From Hamiltosporidium tvaerminnensis FI-OER-3-3 (taxonomy: Eukaryota; Fungi; Microsporidia), in contig JAKIMF020000007.1 of the NCBI GenBank assembly GCA_022605425.2, positions 1,054,001 through 1,118,000 on the forward strand: 64,000 bases of DNA, given 5' to 3'. How positions within the stretch are numbered: position 1 is the first letter of the stretch; each line of letters begins with the position of its first letter. The notes beneath the pieces are model-generated. The model searched no databases. It was not told where the DNA came from and saw only the letters and a program-made list of their open reading frames with translations. The position numbers and the translations under genes are program-made. Shown here in pieces: positions 36,398 through 49,650 of the stretch.

Positions 36398-39300
36398 AGG
36401 AATTAATGCAACGATTTATTTATAGAAAAAGAATTTATATTATAATTTACTATAGATGTATTGAGATGTAAAGATTTTAATATTTTGACGTATATTTATC
36501 CAAAAAATTTTGATATCTTTTGATTTATTTTTTATCAACATTTACTTTGAATCTTAACTATACCTCCAATTAGATGGTTTTTCTTCTTTTTTTTTGGTAA
36601 TTTTTGCTTACAAATAAAGTCAGATATTGATTTAAAATATGTTCTGCGTTAGTTCATTTAAAACCAAAATTTACAAGTTAAAGAATAATACATGTTCGTA
36701 GCATTGATAAGTACACTTAAACTTATTTATACATAAAAAACCATTTTTACAACTTTGAACTCAAGAAGACTCAATAATGATTTATAGAACAAAGTAGACT
36801 ACAAAAAAATTAAATAACGGTATACATAAGATAATTAACAATTTACACTTTAGAAAATCATTGGATTTATGGATAAGAAAAAACTTTTAACCAACAATAA
36901 AACGGTATTCTTAAGCATTCAGGATACAATTTATTTAAAGTTGCAGAACGAAAATATTTAATTTGTAAGAAACTTTTTAGCGTCGGTAGATTTTTACATA
37001 CTAGGAGATAAAAAATATTCAGACAGTTCTATAATAAATGCAGTTTTTATCAAATCATGTCTTCGAGTACATCCTAAAACCAAAATAAATTCAAGTTGGC
37101 AAAAAAATTAAAAGATTTTTTTTTCAAGAAAGTCTTAAAAATTTATGATTAATAAAAATTTCGAAATAGAATTAAAAACTATGTCATAATTCAGAATAAC
37201 CTTTTCAACCTTTTTTTTACTTAGATAGAAAGAAAATACCGTTTAAATTCACTTAGCTTAAATAACTTCGAACTACTCGAGTAGAATCATTTAAAACACA
37301 AGAGAATGGCTTATCGGAAAAAAATATATGCCTTAGCTACAAATTTATTCTTGTTATTCTATTTTTTTTAATAAATTGAGATAGTATTGTGTGATTTTTT
37401 TTTAAGAATCTACATACCAATAATACCGAAGTAAAGTGTTGGAAAAAAATGAACACAAACTATATTTTTTATAATTAATGCTGTAAAATATATAAAATTA
37501 TCCATTTTAATGTATGTATGTATGTATTGTCGAACATATGAATGTACTTACACCATATAGGAAACAATTTTTTTTCATAATAGATTTATAATATATTTTT
37601 TTAAAAAAGATTCTAACCAGATGATGCTTTTTTTTTATCGCAAACTGATGTTTGTAATTATTTGGTATTACTTTATATAGTTTTAAAGAAACTTGGGCTA
37701 AGTGTTTAATCTCATGAAATTTATTTAAATAATATAGAATTTATCAGTATAAAATTATACTAACAAATAGAAATAAAGCGCAGGTCGTATTATCGTAATA
37801 GAAAAATTAAAATATTATAAAAAACAAAAAAAAAGATTGTGTGAATAAATCTCAATCTATTCAATGCCGTTCTTCATTCTATAACTCTAAAAATATTTCC
37901 GTAAAACCTATAAAGCTTTAAATTCAAGCAAATTGATAAATAAATTATTTTATTACAGAACTCTCTTTCTCAATGAATTTTAGTTTTCTGTTCCATATGT
38001 TTTTAATTTTAGGAAATGCAAAAAAAAACGGATAAAAAAGAATACAGTCACTAAAAAATATATATTTAAGAAAGCCATGGAGATTTCTACTCTCAAAGGT
38101 AGAAATAACTATATTAGAGAATTTCGTTTTAGTCATTCATATTGCACTAAGGATAAGAAATTTCATTTACTACTTCTTGAGGCGATTTCGATAATAAAAT
38201 TAATTTTTTTGTTGCAATATATTAAAAGTCTATAATTTTCACGACTTTAAATACGTATTCCGCATTTTTCTTCACAAAAGCCGATTATCATGCTTTTTTT
38301 ATCTTTTAAAGGTGGTGCTAATATCTCGAAAAAACACTGTATATTTAAGAAAAAAAATCATATGATTTAGTCTATTTCTAAGTAAATGTTTAAATAACAC
38401 ATGTATCCTTTTCAATATATAATTGAGATTGTTTAGAAAATATATATATCATTACCTCCTAAAGCCCTAGATCTGACCCATCTTCTTTAAATAGCATGAC
38501 CGTGTCTTGAGCTGTATTTTACAGTTTCTTTTTGCCTATGAGCTTGAAAAGTGTTTTATAAGACTTTTATTTTCTTTATATCATGCAGACCCTTTCAGTA
38601 TATGGTTTTTAAACCCATGTATATGCGTTCTGTTAATGTGGCCTGTTTAAATCTTTTTAAGCTAGACTGATTTGCTTATATAAACCGATTAAGTGTTTTC
38701 GTGGCACAATATTTTTGGATTTATACCGAGCATGTCTATATTTTTTTAAATGTATCTCTCGAATTATCTTTGATTTCATGAATGTCATGTCTCTGTAATA
38801 AAAACATCTTGGTTTGGAAATATTTGTTAAATCATTATTTTAAATATTAGGTAATTGTCTGCATTTTAAAGCACCGGTCGCATTTCAAGGAAAAAAATTT
38901 TAACCTTGTTTTCAACACATACTGTTGAGTTTTTTTGCCATATTAAACACAAGTATAATCCGTTTATACATCTAAAACCTGTAAAATACATTACAAATCC
39001 GGCAATATGTTAAGTGATACTAAACAAAAAACTATATTTGCATTCTATTTACAAAATTGTACCTATAATCTGAATTACACCTATAAGCTTTAATAACTTG
39101 TGATTTGTACATACCCTATAAATAGTTCATTCTTTATTAACTTAAACTCGAAGTATTTCCTGATGATACCAGATGCCTTCTCGTTCGTTAAAATGACATA
39201 GAAGATTTTGAGGGGCATAAACCTCGGCTTTGGCTATCATATTATAATTTGTTATTGGTTCTCTAAGATTTTTTTCAAAATCCATAGTCATATATCGTAC

Positions 39301-40636
39301 CTTTTTGTATGTATATAGTATTTCTTGTTAGGAAAAAAATATTTCCAATTATCATTTTGTGTTTAAATAGAAGTTTTTTAAAATTAAAGTTTTAAAGGTC
39401 AATAATTACAAAATTGCCAAATCGTTTATGTTAAACAAAAACTCTTCAAACTAAAAATACAACCCGTTTTTTTATTTAAATATTACCAAAAAGAAAAAAT
39501 GAAACTCTAAAGTAGCTTTATTTAGTTTAGCTAGAAAATTGATTTATAAATTCTTTTTATTTTGTAGGAATTTAGTCAGTAAATTGGCAATTGTTGTAGA
39601 AAAGGTTCGAATATAAAAGCTTTTTAAAATAAAGAAAATGAAAGACATTTATTAAAAAGCAGTTCACATATTGTGCCATAGAAAGACATATGAATATTTA
39701 ACATTAAATCAAACCTATAAAAAGGAAACCAAGGTAATATAGAAAAACTATAAAACAAAATCAAGGTATAAAAAATAGATATAAAAAGAATATGTCTAAA
39801 CAATTACTAACCATCGGAACTTCAGTCGAAGTACCCAGATAGAAGGTATCGTAAATAGAGACAGGCTTTATATTTAAATAAAAGAACAAGGAAACCTAAT
39901 ATAACTTATGGATTTTTTTTAATAAAAAGAGACCTCTTTTTTACTATTTTTTCTCGATGTATTTATTAGATTCCCTTTCTTACAAATTTAGGGTTTAAAT
40001 AAAAGTATATTTTATATTTTATAAGAGAATACAATAACCCACTATTATGCTAGTAGAATAATACAGCTAAAAAAGATATTAACCTTAAACCGAATCCTTT
40101 AAGTAAAATCAAACATTTTACTGCATGAGTAGCATACCATTCAAAATGAATTTATTGATAAAAGAAACTATGCATTATATGGCAAATTGGGTGGATTCCA
40201 ATTTTCAATATCGTTATATATTTATTTTTTCGTTTTCCTCTGTAAATAAAATAACAGAATAAATTTTATTTGCTATTCAAGTGCTAGAATATGAAGGGTA
40301 TTTATTATATGACATGCTCTTCGACTTTTCAGTTCCTTACAATTGAAGACTTTAGCAACCTATAAGGTGCTGTCTAAATTAGAATGATACCTCTTATGGG
40401 TTTCCTCTACCTAATATAACTTTTCACCAAATGAAAAACCTAGAAAATCTTTACCTTTTCTATTATACAGGGGTAGAAAAAAAAATTATATTTATGCTTT
40501 TTTTAGCGGGAAATAACTGTTTTAGAGACAAAACAAGAAATATCAATAAATCAACACTAATATGAAGTTGGAAAATATATTCAGAACAAGTTAGAAAAAA
40601 TAAAAAAAAATATTTTGTTAATTTATTTTATTTATA

Positions 40637-40789
40637 TTCATTTACATTGTTTTTTTCTCCATGGGTTTCTTATGATTCCTCTATATCCGACACTTCTTCT
40701 ATATTTTAGTTAAATTCATTTACATTGTTTTTTCTCCATGGGTTTCTTATGATTCCTCTATATCCGACACTAGTTTATATTTTAGTTAA
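40637..40789. repeat. ~78-bp tandem duplication
   Basis: TTCATTTACATTG...CTCCATGGGTTTCTTATGATTCCTCTATATCCGACAC...TTTTAGTTAAA occurs at 40637 and 40715. Confidence 0.9.
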
Positions 40790-43433
40790 AAAATATACAA
40801 AAAGCAACAGCTAAGTAATTAAAATTTATCTTAAAAAATACAAAGAATTTAAAAATAACTAGTTTATTATTCTTTTCATAGTATGGTTTACTTAAAATTG
40901 TGTAATATAACACTATAAAGTATAACAGAAACGTTCTAACATAATAAGTACAATATTTGTTGTCAAACTTTAACTGATTTTATTGGGTGTCTTCTTTTAG
41001 AATACCGAAAAAAAATGTCTAAGAAATAATACCGAGACAAATAATAAACTTCAAATGAATGGCAATGAAGAAATCGGTTTTTAATATATTTAAGATATTT
41101 TAATCGTTGGTGGTTCTGAATTTTTTCCTGTATATTTTAGACCCTTTCGTTCTTATATGGAAATTAAAAAGAGTTGTAAGACATAAGACAATTATTTTAT
41201 AAGAAAATATATATTTGCAAATAAAATTTCAATTGATGAAATCCTTAATGTTTTGATTTTAAGTTGTTGAGAGAAGGCAATAGCAAATAATTTAAAGAAA
41301 AAATCAAACATTTATTAGACTGCGAATATATCTTGGAAGATTTTTTTCTTAAAAATTATGTTAAAATGCATCCGAATTCCCAGAATTATTGAATGCTATC
41401 GGTAGATATTTAAAAGGAACAATCCTAAACATCTTGCGTTCTTCAGTCGCTGAGAGCAATACAAAAAAGGATTTAAATTAACAGAATATAATTAGCCATT
41501 TAAAGCCATATGTATTTAAGAAGAAACATAATATATACCTGTTAATGATAATATGAAACTCATGTAATCATTTTTTTGTTTAAGTTTGATAGATATAATA
41601 GAGGCACTTTTATTTCGAGAATAATTACACATACCAATATCCACACCGCGATTCTGCCTCAAAACTAAGAATCATGGTACTTATGAAAAATAAATTTCAC
41701 AATAAATATTTTGTTAAAAAAAGCAAAAAAGATGGTTTTTATTAAGAAAGAAAGTGTATAATAAAAAAGAATTTATTGTAAAAATTCTGGATTTCATAGC
41801 TAGAATACCCGGTAGAAAAAAAGCTTTAATTTAAACAGAGTATAAAGACATGAAAATCAATTCGGTTCTTAGTAAAATTTATTTTTGCGTTTTTTAGCAT
41901 ATAAGCAACTTTTCTTCTGTAAAGATGTGTTTCTATACTTGATACAACAATTATAATACTTTTAAATAACCACATACCAGATACAAATTAATACATTGAT
42001 ATATTCATCTTATGAGATAAAATTTTTCAATGATCAGCAAGGAGTGACAATATTTAACATTTCTAGATTATTTTTAATATATATTATAAAATAGATTATA
42101 AGTATAAAATTGCTATAGATATATATCTTTGTACAGTTAATTTTAATCCATAAAGAAAAATTGAAAAATATTTAAAATCACTACATTTTAAAACAAACAC
42201 CGGCTCTATAAAACTATTGGAGTAGAAATTTATAAAAAAAAATAATATAATTTTAAACCGAATAAATTTCTATTTATTCAAAAAACATCCACCAACAGTC
42301 AAACGAAAGAAAGCAATACCACGTATCTAAACAAATAACTGAGTAAGACGCGGAACATTAAATAAAATTCATAATTTCTATTATCTATATTTCTGTTTTC
42401 GTGCTAAGCAAAGAATCACTATCTGAAATTTCCACAGTATTTCAGAAAAATTGGTAAGCTTAAACTACAATACACTTATATTAAAGAACTCTACAGAAAC
42501 ATATAATCACACTAGAAAGACAAGTTAATATAAGTAATGCAATGAATGCGTATATTAATGATAATGTAAATATTTTGATGAAAAATTGATGTAATGTTCA
42601 CCAATTTCATCGCGTTTTCCACAGGTAAGTAATCTTTTTCAAATGAGATACCAAAGAATATACTCTTTCTAACAAAAATTTGTCTAATAAAGGTTCTTAA
42701 AAAGTACCAATTTTGACTTCATATCATGTCACTCATGATTAAGCATACAAAGGGAATCTACTTAAAATTAAACAATTTAAAAGTATGTTGTTTTAGAGAT
42801 GAAACCCAAACCGATTTTATACTAACGGGATGCAATATACGGTAAATTAGAAGTTATGAACAGGATCAAATTTTAATTTCGTTATCATAATTTTTAATTT
42901 ATAAGAGATTTGTAATAGTATGGTAAGTATGCAATATTAAAATGTTGAAGGAAAGATTTTTATTGATCAAAAAATGAGCTCTTTTATTGTATTAAAGGGT
43001 ATTTCTCAAAACTTGATGGCTTCCTTTAGAATTTGTGATTCTCTAAATTTTATCTTCAAAAACAAATATTGTAAATATGATATAAATAATCAAAAATTAT
43101 AGAATTAAATCTCAGAATTGCATGAGATAACCAAAAAAATCATTCTTAATCAGCAAAAAAAATATTTATGTTATTATTAAAGAAAAGATGGGCGTAATAC
43201 GTCATAAATGATCGATAGTTGTATATAGATACTAACATGAAAGTGTAATATCATAAAAAACGGTATCATAATTCAGTATATTCTGGACTCGAAATATTGA
43301 AGTGACTTTTAGAGCTTTTCTTTAGTATACTAAATACAAAATGAAGATTATTTTTTTTTACTATTTTATTAATTAATGATTCCCTGAAAAATTTTAATCT
43401 TTTTACAGTTTTATATTAATAATGAGTAATACA

Positions 43434-44163
43434 TTTATTTAAAAGTATCACATCTTTTTTAAAACAGTGGCAAGTGTTATATTTGTTTTCATGACATTAA
43501 CGCAGTTCTAGGTTTAACATAAATAACTGCTACTCCAACACTCCATCGGTAACCCCTGCGATACCTACGTGCCAAAGCCTTTCATCTACCAGGTGTGTAG
43601 AACCTAATGTACTAGGCGAGGCAGTTGCCCGGAGTTCGTTAATGTCAGTTGCATGGAGTGTGATCGAAGGCCGAAGCCCCCCCTGGGCTCCCCCAAGACT
43701 ATGCAGCATTCCCACTTACTCTACACTTTCTGAACCCAATAAACTTCTAGCTAAGATATATTTCAGAGATTTACATGAGGTCCACCTAGATAGTGCAATG
43801 TCATACCAACAGGTATAACCTGCTACTTAGCCTTCCTGGCTTTAAATGATTTTTTGCTTTGTATCTCACAGGCGCTAAGTCTTCTAACCCGAGTGACTAA
43901 GGCTAGGTTTCCATGCTTTTACATGGCAATTACCTACATGTTCAGCTGCGGTCGGCAATCTGGTTACATAAAAAACTACAAATAAATTTGTAGAAAAAGT
44001 TTTTCCATCTCTTAGACCTCCCTTCCTCATAACAACACCCATGGAACAACCAAAGATGTAGTGTGGTTTTATTCCCACCAAAAATCCAAACAATGATCTT
44101 CACACCAGTTTCACACACTCATTGCCAAGCAGAAAGTTTTTTATGTGGTTATCCTCCCTCCAC
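43434..44163 (-). repeat. Full-length, best-preserved copy B of the ~720-nt structured element
   Basis: Colinear with 23697-24420. Multiple stems, a cUUCGg hairpin on the minus strand (43666-43681) and an AATAAA-containing 3' tail on the minus strand. Confidence 0.9.
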
Positions 44164-45583
44164 TTTAATGAGTAATATTATATTAAAAATAAAATTATCA
44201 GAAATAAATAACAGTTTAAATTTTACACAGGAACTACTTTTTCTAAAAATTCAATGTAAATATTTTAACTTACAATATAAAGTACATAGTACTCAAAAAT
44301 ATAACTGATATAAAAATTGATGAAATCTAGAAAGATTTTGATGTAAAAAATAAGAAGAAACTGGAAATAAAAATGTTTGATAATTTAATTGATCAAATCA
44401 TAAAGTTTATATTTTAATTGCAATAAATTTAAATTAGAAAGTAGATATCGGAAAAAAAAATTAGAATTTTTAGAACTCTAGATTTGAAAACAGAAAACCA
44501 TGTATCAACCAAAATATTTCCAAGGAGTCAAATAAAGAAAGCATGCTTAACAAAAATATGAAAGGAATAGAATATAGCAACAAGTCATACATATTAAAAG
44601 GATTAAAATGTGTTTACATCAGAATCATAATTCCTCGTACGCAAGAGAATTTTTTTTCTAACTAATCCAAATAATAGATTGCTCTTTGATTTTAATAATT
44701 GATATTTTTTTAAGTAAGCAAACAAAATTTAAATTTTTTAAAATATTATAATATTGTATATAAGAATTCAGGTATCTACTGTAAAACCATAAACAAAGTA
44801 TTTGATCTATGAATTAATATAATGATATTTAGAAATATTAAGAAATAATTTATACAAAGTAAAAATGCTCTTATAATTAAGATTAAAAGAACAAATGAAC
44901 GAACAAGATATAATCTAACTTTATCTAATTTTATAAAACAAGCTTCTTCAGTACAAACATGTATATTTTAAAAGCTTTTTGTTTATTTATTTCCCCCCGA
45001 ATGTAACACAATCTAATTATGATTTAGAGCTTTGCAATATCACAGGCGTTGAAAATTTATTTTTATTTTGATTGATTGGGATATTCGACTATATAATTAT
45101 TGTAAAAATCTACTCATTTTTTAAAAAAAACGTTTTTTTATATTTTGTTTCGAAGTAAGAAAACAAAATAGCCAATATAATAGTATGTTTTAAATAGATT
45201 GCAATGATATTCAAATGATAAAGACTTTTTTAAAATATCATTTATTTCGTCTCTCATACAAAATAATTATTAAATATTTTAAAGAAAATTTTCATTCAAT
45301 TTTTCATTTACTTATGAAACCAATATAAGTCCTCGGAATGTAAGTAAGTAGCATTTTATATTTTATATATTTTAAAGTATTTTTTTTTGTAGATTTAAAT
45401 ATATTTACAACCTTAAAAATTATGTGTTTACATTCTTTACAATTTATTTAAAATTTTCAATTTATTTTAAACTTTGTTTCACATATAATATTTATAGATT
45501 GAAACTCCATTTTATTTTTTGTTTAGATCTCAGATATAAAACTTTTTTTTGACATTTTTTAAGGAATAATAAAAAAATATAAA

Positions 45584-45902
45584 TTCAACACAAATTTATT
45601 GTTTAATTTTCATAGTCAAAACAAATTTATTGTTTAATTTTCATATTCAAAACAAATTTATTGTTTAATTTTCATATTCAAAACAAATTTATTGTTTAAT
45701 TTTCATATTCAACACAAATTTATTGTTTAATTTTCATATTCAAAACAAATTTATTGTTTAATTCTCATAGTCAAAACAAATTTATTGTTTAATTTTCATA
45801 TTCAAAACAAATTTATTGTTTAATTTTCATATTCAAAACAAATTTGTTATTTAATTTTCATATTCAAAACAAATTTATTGTTTAATTTTCATATTCAAAA
45901 CA
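45584..45902. repeat. 31-bp tandem repeat x ~10.3
   Basis: Unit TTCAAAACAAATTTATTGTTTAATTTTCATA, head to tail with no spacers. Confidence 0.95.
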
Positions 45903-45956
45903 TTTTATTTTGTATTTTTTTTTATAAATAAAATAAAAAAAATAACACCCCTTAAT

Positions 45957-46103
45957 ATGTGTAATGAGGATAACGTATCTGAAGGTAAACTTAGTTATCT
46001 GATAAAAGAAATGGAGAAATTTTCTGAGGAACTCGATCAATTAATAAATATTGGCACGGAATTATCTACTGTATCTGTCAATACAGACAAAATGGAAAAA
46101 TAA
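45957..46103 (+). CDS. 48-aa micro-protein, DASH/Dam1-complex Dad1-like
   Basis: MCNEDNVSEGKLSYLIKEMEKFSEELDQLINIGTELSTVSVNTDKMEK. CCCC lies just upstream of the ATG and AATAAA ~10 nt after the stop. The helical heptad pattern resembles the Dad1 motif L..SI.VG.EF.SVS. Confidence 0.65.
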   Translation: MCNEDNVSEGKLSYLIKEMEKFSEELDQLINIGTELSTVSVNTDKMEK

Positions 46104-47873
46104 AACAATTGCAAATAAATTTATATTTGTTTTCTTTCGCTCTCTATTTATATCCTCATTGTTTTTTTTTGATTGTGTATTCTTGTCATAGTTTGTAGCT
46201 ATGAATTTTACTTTTTACTTTTATTCGTTGGAATTCTATCTCCGGTGAAAAATTACTTGAAAAAAAAGGCGCAAAAATCAAAATAAACTGAACTTCTGTA
46301 AATTTTAAAATATATTATTTATATCTCATTGTACTAAAAAAAAATACAAGAAGTCTTATTTTTTGAATAAAATAAATCCTGTATTTAAATATTTGTAACT
46401 TTTATCTGCCCAATCTTTTTAGTCATACATATTTAAAGAAGTAATTATGTTTCATTTCCTGCAATACAAAATTTAATTATAAAATATATTTTTGAGTCCC
46501 AAAAAAGGTTAATAAACCTCTAAGATTTATATTTGATTCAATAAAATAGTGAACCAAAATCAATTAGAGTAACTATTGTACTCTAAAATGCAGTGAATAG
46601 TATATTTATTTTAGAAATACAAATAGAAATAATGAAATTAGAGAGAAATATAAGAAGGATTTTCGATATATGTATTTATTTTGAAAATAGAAATAGCAAT
46701 AATGAAATTAGAGAGAAATTTAAGATGAATTTTCGAAATATGTGTTTATTTTAGAAATTTCTATTTTTGTAAAATAAAGAGTGAAAACCCGACTATTAAA
46801 ATGGAAAAATATTATCTAAAAGATGGAAAAAAATAATATTCTTTCAAGCAAACAAAATTACAGTTTAAATACACGTATGAGTTAAATATTTGCATGAAAT
46901 ATGAATATTATAATAGAAGAGGTTTTTAAATATAAATGGTAAATTAAATGGGATTTCCATGTTTAATTAAAGCAATTTAACCCAATATGGCTTATTTATG
47001 AGCAAAAACAACAATTACATGTATTTAATAGATGAAGGCATACTTATTTAAGATATGATAAAACATACAATGGATATGTTTTATATCGAACGGGCGTAAA
47101 ATAATAGATATTCCATTATTTTTATTGTAGGATCTAATATATGTAAGAATGGAATTTATTTACTTAAATGTTTTTTTTTAGAAAAGAAATTGGTCAACGA
47201 TTTATTTTTTTACACAAATAATTTTACTTATATTTATAAACCAAAAAGAAAATATACAATATTTGCTTAGGATAACTGGATTGTATTTTAGATGTAAGAA
47301 CGGGTCTCTATGATACTTAAAATTAAAGGTATTTTTATATTCGATTTTTTTCATTTTCATTAAGATTGGGAATTTATTGCACCAATAATTGGAATATAAA
47401 TAACAACTTATTCTTAAAAAGATTTGAATATGATTATTTAATTACCTTCTCTATATTAAATATCTTTAAAGGCTTATTACCTTGTGTAATTTTACATTAC
47501 CTCTAAATTCAGAAAAAATAGAGATAGATATAGATAGTTATTGAAGAGAACAAACCTTTATAATTTAAAATTTATACTTTGGTATTTTCTTCTTTTTATT
47601 TTATAGGTTTCTACTACTTATATATATTGCGAGATATTAACAGTATTAAACCATGTATATGACATAAAATACAACATAGCATTGTAAAAATCTACATGAA
47701 TATTGTATCGCTTCGTTCTTTTTTTTATACATATATTTTAAATGTTTAAAAAAAATAATAATTTAAAAGGCTAAATTTAGTTCTCTAAACCGATATAAAA
47801 AGGTTGGCACTATTTAAATATTAACTCCATACAATTTATACATAAAAAATAGAAATTTATTTCCAAAAACCAC

Positions 47874-49650
47874 CTACTACTACTAAGTGGGGACAAATAA
47901 CTTGAAGAGCAGGTCTTCTTAACGATTTTTCTCCATTCTTCCCCATATTGTGGCTTTGTCTTCTATTGCTTCACATTAAACATCATTAGGTTTTTTCTTG
48001 CAAAATCCAGTCATATTTTTCGTGATCTACATCTTCTTCTCTTTCTATTAGTCTTATAAACGTAGACTTGGCTTACCCCTCGATCAGATGGCATTCTTAC
48101 CACATGGCTTAGCCATATTATCCTTCCTTTTTTATTTCGGTAACTAAATTTAAATCAAAAAAATGTCATGAGTGCTTACTTCGTTCTTATTTCCACATAT
48201 TTTTTATGTGTTGAACCTATATATTTTACGGTGTATCTTTTTTTCTCAACATTGAGTGTTTAATCTCTTTTTGTCATCGCCCTAGTCTCAGATCCATACA
48301 TTTCACCGGATTTTATGATGGTTCTATATATACGTGATTTTTGTATTTCCTCTTATATTCTTTGACATAATTTAGTTATGCCGCGGAAAGTAGTCTTGTT
48401 TCTCGCCTTCATTCATTGCTTTATTTCTTCATTATTTTTGTTATTTTCATTTATAAGGTTACCTAAAAATGTAAACTTGATACTTTTATGAGTGTAAATA
48501 AGATGATTCCTAACTCATACATTATGTTTCTATTTGGGTATTTTATTTCAATGAACTTTGTTTTGTTCTCATTTATCTTACATCCGACCTCGAACAATTC
48601 TGTTGCTATGGCACTAAATAAAGATTTTATATCTTCTTCATTTCTGCAAATAATACTTAAGTTGTCTGCATACTCTATATAATAAAGTTTTTATGTCAAA
48701 AAGTACATTTCCTTTATTAGATTTTACCTTACGAATAGATGATTTTATTGTTAGATTAAATAGCACGCACAATAATTATCTCTTTGTCTAAGAACTTAGC
48801 TTATTCCAAAATTATTTGATTGTATTATTTGCTAATAATCTTTCGTTTTGCAATAACCAATGTTATTTTTAACATTCATATTAAATTCGATGGGATTTTA
48901 GAATCTTCAAAAGCCTTGAAAGAGTATTTATAATCATTTTTATCGTATACTTGCTTTTAATTTAGAAAAAGTGTGTGCCTCAAAATATTATATACATCGC
49001 ATTATTCAAAGATAATTCTTATTATACATACTTGTTCTGTTATTAATCTGCCTTTAAGAAATCCACATTTATAGTCTCAATGATCTTTTCTGCGGATTCC
49101 TCAAATCTATTCACAACTATTTTGCAAAGAAATTTATAGCCTATATTTAAAAGAGACTTCTCTATGTAATCCGTACATTGCTTTGTTAAGCTTTTTGAAT
49201 TGAGAAAATTAAACTTACGTTTCAAAATTCGAGTATTTTTTCCTTATTCGATATTATTTGCATTAATTTGTTAATGTCTTCTATTAGCTCATTGCCTTCA
49301 TATTTTATAAGTTCTGCCGTGATTTTATCTCACTTAGTGACCTATGATTTCCCAAGCTCAAAATAGCAGTTATTGTTTCCTTAAAGGTTGGATTCGAGGT
49401 AGTTTTTTTATCTTCAATTTCTAATTTCTTATTTGCTGTATAATGATCAGGACATTCCTCTTCTTCTAATTATCTTCTTCGATGCCATTTAGAAGGGTTT
49501 TAAAATATTGGGCCCGTTTTTTAAAATTTCTTTGTGTTCCGAAATGATTTTGTCTCTATTCTTTCTATCACACAATTTTTGGTTAGAAACCCTCGCGTTT
49601 TTAATTTTTAATAAATCATACAGTCGTCTTAATTTTTTCAGTCTCTGCCA
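47874..49650 (-). mobile_element. Degraded RTE-clade LINE with (TAG)n tail
   Basis: Fragments EDKITAELIKYEG, CTDYIEKSLLNIGYKFLCKI, EYADN (48661-48675), YRTIIKS..MYGSET, WLSHVVRM and EEWRKIV in RTE order. The 3' tail is TAGTAGTAGTAG at 47874-47885. Confidence 0.8.

Noticed and set aside
38400-39250. Possible further decayed RT relics here and at ~700-1700, ~32100-33400 and ~62700-63550
   Set aside because: Only faint YADD- or YLG-like fragments; not supportable without TBLASTN or profile searches.
43884-43890. CTAACCC in the 720-nt element as a telomerase template
   Set aside because: Only 7 nt, on the strand less favoured by the folding evidence, and a dispersed multicopy decaying family does not fit telomerase RNA.
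43884-44093. Similar short ORFs in copies A (24137-24358) and B as a conserved peptide
   Set aside because: Starts and frames differ, older copies do not keep the frame, and conservation tracks base-paired blocks rather than codons.
45584-45902. 31-bp repeats as a CRISPR array
   Set aside because: Units are contiguous with no unique spacers; there are no cas genes and the context is eukaryotic.
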